A stretch of 63,453 nucleotides of DNA, filler included, from Chiloscyllium plagiosum (taxonomy: Eukaryota), in the NCBI RefSeq assembly GCF_004010195.1. It is 4 parts of one record of this genome, joined end to end, with 100 filler letters (N's around TTAATTAATTAA, not from the genome) between each part and the next. Parts side by side here need not be neighbours in the genome. Positions count along the whole stretch, not along the records: positions 1 to 27,607 come from NC_057713.1; 3 more parts are not named here. The stretch is one strand, 5' to 3'. The number at the start of each line of letters is the position of its first letter. The first letter of the stretch is position 1. The notes beneath the pieces are model-generated. The model worked only from the letters and a program-made list of their open reading frames with translations, was not told the DNA's origin and did no database searches. This document shows positions 1 through 11,449 of this stretch, piece after piece. The position numbers and the translations under genes were made by a program.

Positions 1-135
1 GGAGCAGTGAATGAGTAGCTAGTATTGGAAGAAATTGTATGTTTTTCAGGACTGCAGGTTCATTGTTTCATTGGCATTGCAAAGTTTACTGGCAACAGTG
101 GAGGGTGTGGGCTGTATTCACTGGAAACAAAGTTT

Positions 136-560
136 AAAAATCTCACTAAAACCAGGATATAGTCCAACAAGTCTATTTGGAAGAATTAGGTTTTGGAGCG
201 CTGCTCCTTCATCAGGTAGTTGTGGAGTAGGATCATGAGACACAGAATATATAGCAAAAACCTTTAGTGTCATGTAACATAAATGATATATTGAAGAAAC
301 CGAGATTGCTGTTAAATCTTTCATCTTTTAAAATGGGTTGCAGATTTCAGTTCATTAATTTGTACATTCCAGAACCTCTTTTAAGTCAGATTCTCCAGGT
401 AACTTAATGTTTTATATAAGGAACCTCACGTCAAATAACGCATGAAAGCTGAGGTTCGAGACTGTTTGTGTCCCAATCTTGAGTCAGACTGGTTCTATTT
501 CCAAATATATAATTGTGCAAATGCAAATTCACCCCAAATGTGTGAGTGCATGCATGAGAG
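136..560 (-). mobile_element. Penelope-like element 3' region/pLTR (family B) with degenerate hammerhead core
   Basis: Minus strand reads CTGATGA-A-GGAGC-AGC-GCTCC-AAAA (GAAA decayed). The same terminal sequence recurs at 33543, 34866, 39595 and 59664. Confidence 0.55.
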
Positions 561-865
561 AGAGCGTGTGTGTATGCATGTGCATGCTGGGTAAAGTGTG
601 TGTGTGTGAGATGGAGTATAATCCGGTGAGAAGGTGTGTGTGTGTGAGTGTGGGGGGTGTATTAGTGTGCCTCTGACAGAGAGCATGTCTATCAGAGAGG
701 GTCTGCACGAGCGTGTGCTTGTGAGTGTGTATGTGTGTGTGTGTGAGTGTAAGAGAGAGAGAGAGAGAGAGCTTGTGAGCAAATGTGATTGTGAGTTGGG
801 GAGTGTGTGACTGGGTGAGTGAGTGAATGAGTGAGTGTATAAATGGCTGGGTGTGAATGTGTGAC
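540..865. repeat. Degenerate (GT)n/(GA)n low-complexity tract
   Basis: Visible TG and GA dinucleotide runs. Confidence 0.9.
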
Positions 866-1698
866 AGTGATTGAGTACGCCTGATGTTTCTAGAAGCTGA
901 CTTTGGAAACGTCTGTTGGTTCTCCATGTTATCTTTAGGGCAGAAAGGGAAAAGAAATGAGCCTGTAAATGTATCTGAGCGATCCTTCCTAGGCAAAGGA
1001 GAGATCCTAGTCGTGGGCAGTGGAAGGACAGAAGCTGTAGCCTTATTAATGAATGCGGCCTATTATGAGACTGCCTGACTCCTGCAATGCTCCCAGAAGT
1101 ATATACTGTACGTGACTGAAAATGCCAGAATATTGACACAAAGCAAGCCATGCGCCCCTAAGGAGATTTACTTGTTGGATATAATGTAGGCTCGTAACAG
1201 CTATTAGAGTACTAAATACAATCCTTGGGGGATGGAGCTGACATACACTCTATTCTGCCTTTCTCCAAACATTTGGAGAATTTCCTTCTAAAGGCATTCT
1301 CAAGGACAGCGTTCAAAGGAGTTAAGCTAGCAGTGGGCATGAGTGAATTTGCTGCAAGCTTCTGGACAGCACCAATATTCTCTTCCTTCCAATCAATACA
1401 ACTAGCTCAACTGCAGGATTCATACGACCGCGATGAGTTGGGGATTAAACCTATCACAGCAATTCAATTAGGATGATAATTAACAGTTCACCTGATGACG
1501 GTGCAACATGAGAGAGAAAAAAACACAAAGAAAGGATTAAAGAAAGGAGGTGAGAGAACAGGATTAAAACAAGAATGCAGAATCAACATGAAAGCTTGCA
1601 AAGTAGCAACTAAACAGCGTGCCCCACCGCAGGCTTTTCACTGCCTTTGGCCAATTTACCAAACACTGCGTCGCAGTTTTCCTGGACGAAAGGCTAAT

Positions 1699-1871
1699 CG
1701 AGGAGCAGGAGAATCGACATTTCGGGCATAAGCCCTTCATCAGGAATGGAAGGGTTTGTGCCCGAAACATTGACTCCCCTGCTCCTCGGATGCTGCCTGA
1801 TCTGCTGTGCTTTTCCCGCACCACTCTGGTCTAAGCTCTGGTTTTTAGCATCTGCAGTCCTCACTTTTGCC
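1699..1871. mobile_element. Palindromic Penelope pLTR-derived insertion (family A)
   Basis: Inverted arms GAGGAGCAGG...TTTCGGGCA and TGCCCGAAA...CCTGCTCCTC, ending in the family tail CATCTGCAGTCCTCACTTT. Confidence 0.75.
1711..1747 (-). ncRNA. Minimal type-I hammerhead ribozyme motif (PLE-associated)
   Basis: Minus strand: attc-CTGATGA-A-GGGC-TTAT-GCCC-GAAA-TGTC-ga. Core and helix II are intact; helix III is reduced to a near-palindromic A(C>T)GT. Confidence 0.65.
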
Positions 1872-1959
1872 CATCCTCAGCCAATGTCCAAAACCCACCA
1901 GCAGCCTCCATATCCTCGCAATGCCCACTCTCAACCACAACACCCACCCTCACCTCCCC

Positions 1960-2960
1960 CACCCCATTTAAAATGGAGATGAGGAAACATTATTTTCTCT
2001 CAGTGTATTTGGAATTCCCTTCCTTGAAAAATAGTGGATGCAGAACCTTTAAATATTTTTAAGGCAGAGTGAGATAGGTTCTTCATCCCCAGAGTGGGTG
2101 AATGATTATCACAGGAACAGAAATGTAAGAATTAGGAGCTGGAGCAGGTCATCCGGCCCTTCGAGCTTGCTCTGATATTCAATAAGATCATGGCTGATCT
2201 CTTTGTGGACTCAGCTCCACTTACCCACCCTCTCACTGTAGCCCTTAATTTCTTTACTGTTCAAAAAACACCTATCTTTGCCCTAAAGTCATTCAACAAG
2301 GTAGCCATGAATGTTGAGTTGAGGTTAAAATCAGATCAGCCACACTCTTATTGAACAGCGGGCTAGATTTGATGGGCCAAGTGGCCTGTTTTCTTTCCTT
2401 GTCAGGATGTTTGTCTATACAGTTTCCAACTTCTCACCATTTAAGAAATACTCTGCACATCTCTTCTCCCTACCATAGTGGATAAGCTCACATCTGTCCA
2501 CTTTATATTCCATCTGACCAAGTATTGCTCCTTGTGGTGCCTCACTAGTTACAGTCTGTCAATGTGAGAAAGACCCATTTGTTCCTAATCTCTGTTTCCT
2601 GCTTTTGGTTTTGGTTTTTAGAAACAGCTTCCTAAGGGGACTTTATCAAAAGCCTTCTGAAAATCTAAATAGCTATCAAAGTAAAATCTAAGGATGTCTA
2701 TCATTCTCCTTTATCAACTTTGTTAGTAACACCTTCAAAATACTCCAACAAGTTTGTCACGTGATTTTCCACTCCAATCCACGACCCTCAGTTACCCATC
2801 TTGCCAGCTGACTTACCACAAACTCTCTGTCCGCTAACCCCCATCACCTTCTGGGTGAAAACGATTTTCCTCAAATCTCTTCTCAACCTCAAGCCTTTCA
2901 CTTTAAAATTATGCGCCCTTGTTCCTGACCCTTCAACAAATGGTGATGTTTAGACACTTC
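1960..2960. mobile_element. Nested CR1-like LINE fragments in both orientations
   Basis: 3' end motifs (GATGAGGAAACATTATTTTCTCTCAG...TGGAATTCCCTTCC; GATGGGCCAAGTGGCCT). A minus-strand RT piece at about 2640-2670 reads as the DF.KAFDK motif. Confidence 0.7.
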
Positions 2961-3319
2961 CCCTTGATGCTCAGTGGTGTCACCATCATTGAGTGTGTCA
3001 CTTACCGACATTATCAGCACAGGCTTGACGGGGGATGGGTTTTGAGGTGCAGTTTTGTCAGAGCACCTCGCTGCCTGGAGTGAGGGAAGGACCTGACCCT
3101 GTGTGTATAGAGGCTGTGGCCGTGGATGGCAGTCTGTGGAAGGCCGCCATTTTAGAGGCTGCCGCAGGGACTCCTGGCCATTTGAGGGCAGTGCCCTGCC
3201 TCTCAGAACCATGTAGCCAATCATAGGGTTTGGCAGCATCACCAATAATTGCGCAGCTGTCATTCCCCTCAACTGCCCCCCCCCCGTCGCAGTGGGTTTC
3301 ATGTTCAAAGAGAAGGTGT

Positions 3320-3690
3320 CGCAGTGATAATGTTACAATCCAGAGATTCCAGTTTATGCTCCAGTTAATTCTCTCGGGACCTGGGTTCAAATCCCTCCTG
3401 GAGAATTTATAGTCATTTCATAAATCTCAGATTGATATTAAGTATTAGTGATCGGGCCTACTGCTCACTCAATCCCCATCTCATTCACCAGTGTGCCGCT
3501 TCAGGGAAGGAAATCTGCCATCCTTACCTGGTCTGGCCTACATGTGACTTCAGACCCAAAGCAATGTGGTTGATCTTAACCACCCTCTGAAAAGGCCTGA
3601 ATGAGACACTCAGTTCAAGGGGCAATTACAGACGGGCACAATGTGCTGGCCTTGCTAATAATGCTCACATCCTGTCAAATATTAAAAGAG
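3320..3690 (+). mobile_element. tRNA-derived SINE with Meta-like central domain
   Basis: B-box GGTTCAAATCC, core AGGGAAGGAAATCTGCCATCCTTACCTGGTCTGGCCTACATGTGAC and tail GGGCAATTA...ATGCTCACATCC. Multiple copies in the window; the superfamily name is from memory. Confidence 0.65.
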
Positions 3691-4052
3691 GAAAACATTT
3701 CTGGGTACGTTACTTTCTCCATTCCAAATTATGATGAAGATTGTGTTCAATTGCTGGTCTTCGGTTCTGGATTCCCCACCTTTCGGGTCTCTAGCGTCGG
3801 CATTACTTGATTTGTATCCTGGAACACGCAGTGATGCTCTGGTCTCCATATTCAAAAAGGATAAAGTGCAGAAAAGATACTTCGGAATAATAACAAAACC
3901 AAGAGGTCGGGCAAGATTGAACACACGGTGTGTGGTTGCCCCAACCTGTCCATCTGGTCAAAGCCTTCTAGTATTTTCCAGAGTTTTCGATTAGACGTTC
4001 CACCTCCCCCTTCAGGTGACTGTTCAATGTTTCAGAGAAATCCTCAATCCTG

Positions 4053-4318
4053 AAACAAAAACGGAGAACTCAGCAGGTCTGGCAGTTGGTGTGTAGAGAG
4101 AGAGAGAAACAGAGTTAATGTTTCGAGTCTGGTATGACTCTTTGTCAGAGTTAGAATATGACTCTGAAGATGCTCTTCAGTATCAGAAGAAGTCATACTA
4201 GATTTGAAAAGTTACCTCAGTCACCATCTCTCTCCACAGGTGCTGCCAGACCTGCTGAGTTTTTCCAGCATTCCCTGTGTTTGTTTCAGATTTCCAACAT
4301 CCGCAGGATTTTGTTTCC
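4053..4318. mobile_element. Palindromic Penelope pLTR-derived insertion (family C)
   Basis: Arms CTCAGCAGGTCTGGCAG and CTGCCAGACCTGCTGAG. Minus strand 4111-4150 reads CTGACAA-A-GAGTC-atacca-GACTC-GAAA. Confidence 0.7.
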
Positions 4319-5261
4319 CCAGGATTCTTTAATACTGCTTCTCACTGCATCACATCGTTTATAAATCTCTCGCTCATTTGTTGAACCATTGAACTTCACT
4401 CGAGTCTTGAGTGGGAAACGTTGAAGGTTTTATTAATGCACAAGTGCCATTTTATGCATCTCCATGAACCCGTTAAGAGGTGATCATTCTGGCTGAAACC
4501 CATTAAGGAATTAAGTCTGTTTAACACAGTGGCCATCAGGGGAACATACCGGTCAACAAATGTTGGACTGCAGGCTGCTTTCAGCCAAGGGCATTTCTGA
4601 GAGATAATGCCTGGTGTTGGGGGTATAAATCAGAGCTGTATGGGGCTGCAGAATGGGGAAGGAACAGGAGAACATTACATCTGTCAGCGTTTGTACAACA
4701 CTTTAAAAAGCCTGCGCACAGTAATGGGTGTTGTAGAACTCATTAAAACTAATGGAGCCTGTTCTCTGTCTCTTCTGTAATGTAACTTAACAGTGCACCA
4801 GGGGTTTCATGACTAGCAAATTTATGTAGTTTAATAGTCTTAACTGACATTAATCAACTAATTGTATTGTGATGTTTCTGTACTGCTGCATTGTAAAGGT
4901 GCTGATGCCTGTACTTGTGATCACAGGAACATCTAACCATCGACATCACAAACAGTGTCACCAAGAGGCTGAATTGATGGGGCTATTGTCAGATTGTAGT
5001 TTGCAAATGGGTTGAAGTGAGTATGAAGCAGTTATAAAGAGATGCTGCTGCACCACTCTTACAAAGAGGTTTCTTCTTTTCTGTTCACCAAATGGCTGGT
5101 TCCTGGGCTTTCAGTGATGTGGCCCCAAGCTCTGGACCCCCTTCCCTGAACCGCTCTCACCTCGTTCAAACCTGATCTCTTAGCCACGCAATCACTCCCA
5201 CATTGCCTCGGCTCTGTCAGAATGTTATTCAAACAACCCAGACTGATGATCAGATATTAGG

Positions 5262-5530
5262 TCGGCACAGTGGCTCACGGCGCCAGGGACCCAGGTTCAA
5301 TCCCAGCCTCGGGCGACTGTCTGTGTGGAGTTTGCACATTCTCCCCGTGTCTGCGTGGGTTTCCTCCGGGGGCTCCGGTTTCCTCCCACAGTCCAAAGAT
5401 GTGCAGGTCAGGTGGATTGACCATACTGTTCAGGGTTAGGGGGTGGGATTGGGTGGGATGCTGTCCAGAGGGTCAGTGTAGATTCGATGGATTGAATGGC
5501 CTGCTTCCACACTGCAGGGATTTTATGATT
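5262..5530 (+). mobile_element. HE1-type SINE, partly deleted
   Basis: B-box GGTTCAATCCC and core TGTGTGGAGTTTGCACATTCTCCCCGTGTCTGCGTGGGTTTCCTCCGG. Confidence 0.85.
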
Positions 5531-5779
5531 TCCTCCGAGTTAAAGATTGGCCAAGACCAAAGCTAATCTTGTGCCACAAACATTACTGCAAAAGGAGGCC
5601 ATTCAGCCCCTTGAGCTTGCTCTGCCCTTTAATACGACCATGGGGGGGATCTCAGCTCAGCAACAATCTGTTCCATTACCACCAACTCCATCTGTCTCCC
5701 TGGTAACTGTCTAAGAACTGGGACAGGAGTATCCTGTTTGGCCTCTCAGGCTTCTCCCTCCTTCAATAGGAAATTGTGA

Positions 5780-6180
5780 CTTTCATAGGAAGTGGATGTT
5801 GCTGTCTGGGTCCAGCATTTATTGCCCGTCCCTAGTTGCCCCTTGAGAAGGTGGGGGTGAGCTGCCCTCTTGAACTGCTGCAGTCCATGTGCTGTGGGTA
5901 GACCCACAATGCCCTTCGGGAGGGAATTCCAGGATTTTGACCCAGCGACACTGAAGGAACGGCGATATATTTCCAAGTCAAGATGGTGAGTGGCTTAGAG
6001 TGGAACTTGAAGGTGGAGGTGTTTTCATATATCTGCTGCCCTTGTCCTTCTAGATGGAAGTGGTCATGGGTTTGGAAGGTGCTGTCTGAGGTGAAATTTG
6101 CAGAGCATCTTGAAGATGGTACACACTGCTGCTATTGAGCTTCGGTGGTGGAGGGAGTGGGGTGAATGGGTGCCAATCAA
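5780..6180 (-). mobile_element. 3' end of CR1/L2-group LINE (same family as 11450-12730)
   Basis: Minus-strand ORF contains RSFSVAGSKSWNSLP, a LINE ORF2 C-terminal motif. Homologous to 30262-30660. Confidence 0.75.
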
Positions 6181-6185
6181 GCGGG

Positions 6186-6326
6186 TGGAAGTGGGTACTG
6201 CAGATGCTGGAGATTAGAGTCAAGATTAGAGTGGTGCTGAAACAACACAGCAGGTCAGGCAGCATCCGAGGAGCAGGAAAAGGCTTTTGCCCAAAACGTT
6301 GATTTTCCTGCTCCTCAGATGCTGTC
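6186..6326. mobile_element. Penelope pLTR-derived insertion (family A), partial palindrome
   Basis: CTGCAGATGCTGGAG...CAGCAGGTCAGGCAGCATCCGAGGAGCAGG followed by the inverted CCTGCTCCTCAGATGCTG. Confidence 0.7.
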
Positions 6327-6329
6327 AGT

Positions 6330-7078
6330 GAACGTCAAAAGTGGTATGAAACGGCATATTTTGGTTGAAAGAATAAGAAGCCCATAAATACCTTGTGAAG
6401 TAAGTGTCTAAATCAGGGAAAGGAACATAGGGATTGGAGGATTGCTTATATGCAGATCATTAGATGTAGCAATACGGGTTTGTAAGGCCACTATTTGTCA
6501 TTTCCAAGGAACAGAATGGTAAAGCAAACACATCATGTTAAACCTCAGTCGAACCTTGGCTAGATCACATTGGAGTACTCAGAAACAGGTAACACTTTGA
6601 GTCCAATGTGCAGTGAAGGTTTCCCAGGCTGGTTCCAGGGATGGCTGGACTGACATGTGAGGAGAAATTGATGGGGTTGGGATTGTTTCTGTTGGAGTTC
6701 AGGGGGGGAGAATTATAAAATTCTGACAGGACTAGGCAGGGGCAGATGCAGGGAGGATGTTTCCGATGGTGGGTGCATCCAAAACCAAGTGTCACAGTCT
6801 AGGATTCGGAACAGACCATTTAGAATGGAGATGAGGAGACATTCCTTCATCCAAAGAGTGGTGAGCCTGTGGAATTGATTACCACAGGAAGGAATTGAAA
6901 CCAAAACATTGAACGCATTTAAGAGGCAGCTAGATATAGCACTGGGTGAATGGGATCAAAGGTTATGGGGAGAAAGCAGGATTAGGCTGTTGAGTTGGAT
7001 GGTCAGGCATGATGGTGATGAGTGGCAGAGCAGGCTCCAAGGGCTGAATGGCCTCCTCCTAACTTCTATGTTTCTATA
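6330..7078 (+). mobile_element. CR1-like LINE 3' portion
   Basis: Decayed ORF2 C-terminus and 3' tail GGGCTGAATGGCCTCCTCCT...TTCTATGTTTCTAT. Confidence 0.75.
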
Positions 7079-7109
7079 AATCTTGCTCAGCTCTGAAATC
7101 TGTAAAATT

Positions 7110-7595
7110 ATAATTCATTCATGGCATGTAGATGTTACTGGCCAGGCAAATATTTATTCAGCAAAAGTGAGGACTGCAGATGCTGGAAATCAAAGTCTGG
7201 ACATCAGGACGGATGAAGGGCTGATGAAGGGCTTTTGCCCAAAATGTCGATTTTCCTGCTCCTCGGATGCTGCCTGACCGGCTGTGCTTTTCCAGCACCA
7301 CTCTAATTTAGGCAAATATTTATTACCCATCCCTAATTACCCAGAAGGTATTTAAGAGTGAGTCTGAAGTCACATGTTAGTCAGAGGCTGACAGATTTCC
7401 TTCCTCGCGAACCAGATGGGCTTTCTCGACAATGGGCAATGGTTTCATGGTCACAATCAGACTCTTATACCTGTGGTTTCTTTTTAATCCAAATTCCACC
7501 ATCCACCATGGCAGGGTTTGAGCCGGGATACCCAGATAATTACCTGGGTCTCTAGATTAATATTCTAGCGATACTACCACTGGGTCAGTGCCTCC
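7110..7595 (-). mobile_element. Meta-like SINE interrupted by a family-A insertion (7159-7309)
   Basis: SINE sequence resumes after the insert, with the exact 15-bp TSD AGGCAAATATTTATT at 7144-7158 and 7310-7324. Confidence 0.75.
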
Positions 7596-7711
7596 CCTTT
7601 ATCTTGCCATAGGTGCTGCCAGACCTGTTGAGTTTCTCCAGCGGACTTTCTGCTTTCATTTCAGGTCTCTAGCGTCGGTAGTGCTTGACTTGCATCCTGG
7701 AGCACTCTGTG

Positions 7712-7976
7712 CAGGAAGGAATTGAAACCAAAACATTGAACGCATTTAAGAGGCAGCTAGATATAGCACTGGGTGAATGGGATCAAAGGTTATGGGGAGA
7801 AAGCAGGATTAGGCTGTTGAGTTGGATGGTCAGCCATGATCGTGATGAATGGCAAAGCAGGCTCCAAGGGCTGAATGGCCTCCTCCTAACTTCTATGCTT
7901 CTATAAATCTTGCTCAGCTCTGAAATCTGTAAAACTATAATTCATTCATGGCATGTAGATGTTACTGGCCAGGCAA
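7712..7976 (+). repeat. 265-bp direct duplicate of 6885-7149
   Basis: Near-identical sequence with a handful of substitutions, spanning a CR1 tail, a spacer and a SINE end. Confidence 0.9.
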
Positions 7977-9089
7977 CAGAACTGAGAGGTCGGGCAAAAT
8001 GGAACACACTGCGTCCCCTTTCCCAGGAAAAGGGAAGGCTGATGATCGACCTGAAAGCAGTGTTTAGGATTATGTCCGAGCTTTGATAGACAAACAGAGT
8101 GCAGGCAAACCAAGGACTGCAAAGATAACATAGTCACTAGGACATCCAACAGAGAGTGCTGAAGAAATCTTTCCACAGAGAGTAGTGAGAATGTGGAACA
8201 TGCCCCCTCAGGCAGTTTTTGAGGGGAACAGCAGAGATACATTGAGAGGGGCAGCTGGATAAAGATGGAAAGGAGAAAAGGATGAAAGACTATGTCGTTG
8301 GGGTGAGATATCAAGGCTTGGGAGGAGGCTCATTTGAGGCAGAAACACCATCCTAGAAAATTTGGGACTGAATGGTCTTTTTCTGTGCTGTCAATAATTT
8401 GTACGTAGTTGTCTTTGTGGAAGAAATCTAAGAACGAAAGCTGGAGGAGCAGTAGGCCATTCAGCCCATCGAGTCTGCTTTCCATCCGATGAGGTGGATC
8501 TGATAATCCTCAACTCCACTTACCTGCCTTTTCCCTACAAACCCTGATGCCTTTACTGATGAAAAGGCTATCTCAGCCTTGAATATACTTAATGATAAGA
8601 CCATAAGATGCAGGAGCAGAAGAAGGCTAACGATTTGCCATTCCTCCGTGATTCAGAAGCAAGCGTTATATTTTCTGTTGGTAATTCACTGACCTGAATT
8701 CACATTTCAAAGAATTATGACTTGCTGAATGCAAAAAATTTCTCAACTTTGGGAAATATTACAAAAACCTCTGATATATTATTTACTTTCGGGCTTTGAT
8801 ACATAATTTGTCACTGCATCAGGCACAGCAGACTCAGCACTAATAAGGACCTGGTGCACACCTGCATGTTACAGAATTGTCATTCGAATGTTTAATTGTT
8901 GGGTTCAAGGGGAAATAATTCAGACAAAGTATCCGGGAAGTTGAGGATTTATAGCTTCTTGGCTCCAGTTTAGAGAGGAATGATTACATTTAGTGTATGT
9001 TACGTTATGTCTTTGTTCTCGATGCCTTCACTGTGTCCCACCTCCATTCCCTCCATGCCTTTCTAGTGACCAGTCTTCTCCCTTAGAGC

Positions 9090-9216
9090 TTTCCCTCACT
9101 TCCCCCCTTTCCCTCACTGCCCCCTTTCCCTCACTTCCCCCCTTTCCCTTACTTCCCCCCTTTCCCTCACTTCCCCCCTTTCCCTCACTTCCCTCCTTTC
9201 CCTCACTTCCCCCCTT
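9090..9216. repeat. Pyrimidine-rich minisatellite, unit about 18 bp (TCCCTCACTTCCCCCCTT), running into a gap
   Basis: Visible tandem units. Confidence 0.9.
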
Positions 9217-9408
9217 NNNNNNNNNNNNNNNNNNNNNNNNNNNNNNNNNNNNNNNNNNNNNNNNNNNNNNNNNNNNNNNNNNNNNNNNNNNNNNNNNNNN
9301 NNNNNNNNNNNNNNNNNNNNNNNNNNNNNNNNNNNNNNNNNNNNNNNNNNNNNNNNNNNNNNNNNNNNNNNNNNNNNNNNNNNNNNNNNNNNNNNNNNNN
9401 NNNNNNNN

Positions 9409-9640
9409 TCCTCTGGCAGCTCATTCCATACACGTACCACCCTCTGTGTGAAAAGGTTTGTCCCTTAGGTCTCTTTTATATCTTTCCCCCCTCACCCTAA
9501 ACCTATGCCCTCTAGTTCTGGACTCCCCCACCCCAGGGAAAAGACTTTGCCTATTTACCCTATCCATGCCCCACATAATTTTGTAAACCTCTATAAGGTC
9601 ACCCCTCAGCCTCCGATACTCCAGGGAAAACAGCCCAGAA
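9409..9640 (-). mobile_element. CR1/HER1-like LINE fragment
   Basis: Minus-strand ORF contains VRVWNELPE; homologous to 58370-58580. Confidence 0.8.
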
Positions 9641-10959
9641 TATCACTGAATTGTTAAGGTGCCGTTAGGCCCATCACGACTTCATTGGTCATATTCCATA
9701 GCGCCAGTCTCCTCCCTTTTCCCCCTTTCCCTGAACACCATTTCTATCCAAATAAGCAACCAATACCCCTCTTCAACTCCTGTTCAGCTATCAGCCTCCC
9801 CATGACCTGCCTGACTCCCCTCTGACAACGTCTTCCCTTTAACTTTTCCATTCTTGTGTTTAAGTTCCTCTGTGTCCTTATCCCACGCCAACCCCTCTCA
9901 ACTGCACACAACATCAGAGATATTGCTTTCACTCAAATCCTGGCCTCTCCTGAATCCCTGCTATTAGTGGCAATGCACTTCAGCTGTTTTTAAGGCATCA
10001 CGTGTAAATAAGAAATAAGGAGCAGGAGGAGGTCATTCAGCCCTTCGAATCTGCTCCACCCTTCAATATGATCATGGTTGATCCCATAATCCCGCCTTGA
10101 TTCTCCAGCCGAAAGAGGACATCCTTGTGCTCCCTCACACAACCCTCTGAGAAAATACTTCTCATCTTTCTTGTAAAAGGTCGACTCCCCAAATTTAAAA
10201 GCGTCCTCTAGCTCTGGACTGACCCACAAGAGGAATCATCCCTCCCACAACCACCTTATCAAGACCATTCACGATTTGATAAACTTCAATCATCTCTCAC
10301 TCTCCTAAACTCCAGGGAAACTCCACCCCTTCCCTAACAGGGCAACTCAACAAATTCCCTGGATTTTTGATCAGTAATGGGTCGAAGGGTTATGGAGAGC
10401 GGGCAGGAAAGGGGGAGTTGAAGCCGAGAGGGGATCAGCCATGATCATTTTAAATGGCAGAGCAGACCCGAGGGGCTGAATGGCCTCCTCCTGTCCTTGA
10501 ATGGCTGAGGGTCCTCAGAGCTTTGTGATAGGGAATTGCACATATTCACACACGTACAAAGGGAGCAGGAACAGCGGTAGGCTGTTTGGATCCTGAAAAC
10601 GCATTCTGCAGGGTCACAGTTGACACTTGACAATAACTCTGCTTTCCCACCCTCTCTGCACAATCCACAAACCAGAGATGGGAGATGTTCTAACCGAGAT
10701 GGAAGAAATTACAGAAGCATCAATTCACTGTTCAAGACACAAAAAAGCATCCTATAAGTTACAGAGAATAAGAGTTAGAACGTGGAACTTAAAAGCTAGC
10801 AATGTTGGTCAAGATGTAATACTGAAAGTTTTGATGTGAGTTAAGGAGGACAAACTGACAGAATCTGATGGCCAGGGTTTAACAGAGGTAGCTACAGAGA
10901 TAGTGGAAGCATCGTTTTCGATCTTTGACAGTTTTGTGGATTTTCAAATATTTTCTACA

Positions 10960-11310
10960 GATTTATTCTGTCATGGGACGACAAGGCCAGAATGTATTGC
11001 CCATCCTTAATTGTTCTTGAATGCATGGCTTGCCAAGGCCATTTTAGAGGGCAGTTAAAAGTCAACCATGTTGTTGTGGGTCTGGAGTCACATGTAGGGC
11101 AGACTGGGTAAGGACGGCAGATTTCACTCCCTAAAGGACATTAGTGAACCAGCTAGATTTTAACAACAATATTTGTCATTACTGCGATTAGCTTTTTCAT
11201 ACTAACTGAATGTACATTTCCACCACTGCAGTGGGATTCGAACCCAGGACATTAGCCTGTGCCTTTATATGACTAGCTGATTGGGAATAAACACTACGCC
11301 ACCATTTCCC
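10960..11310 (-). mobile_element. Meta-like tRNA SINE
   Basis: Reverse complement of the core seen at 3320 and 13095; GGATTCGAACC is the B-box in reverse. Confidence 0.7.
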
Positions 11311-11449
11311 TAATTAAGTGGCAAGCAAGTATAGGCCTTAATCAGGAAAGAAGGTTGATAGGAGTCACCAGTTAGTTGAAACTGAAAAATGTCAGAATCT
11401 CCATGAGGGATGTGGTAATGGTTCATTCAGGAAATCAGATCATGATCCA

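Noticed and set aside
495..1151. 218-aa and overlapping His/Thr-rich ORFs
   Set aside because: Produced by (GT)n low-complexity sequence; no recognisable domain.
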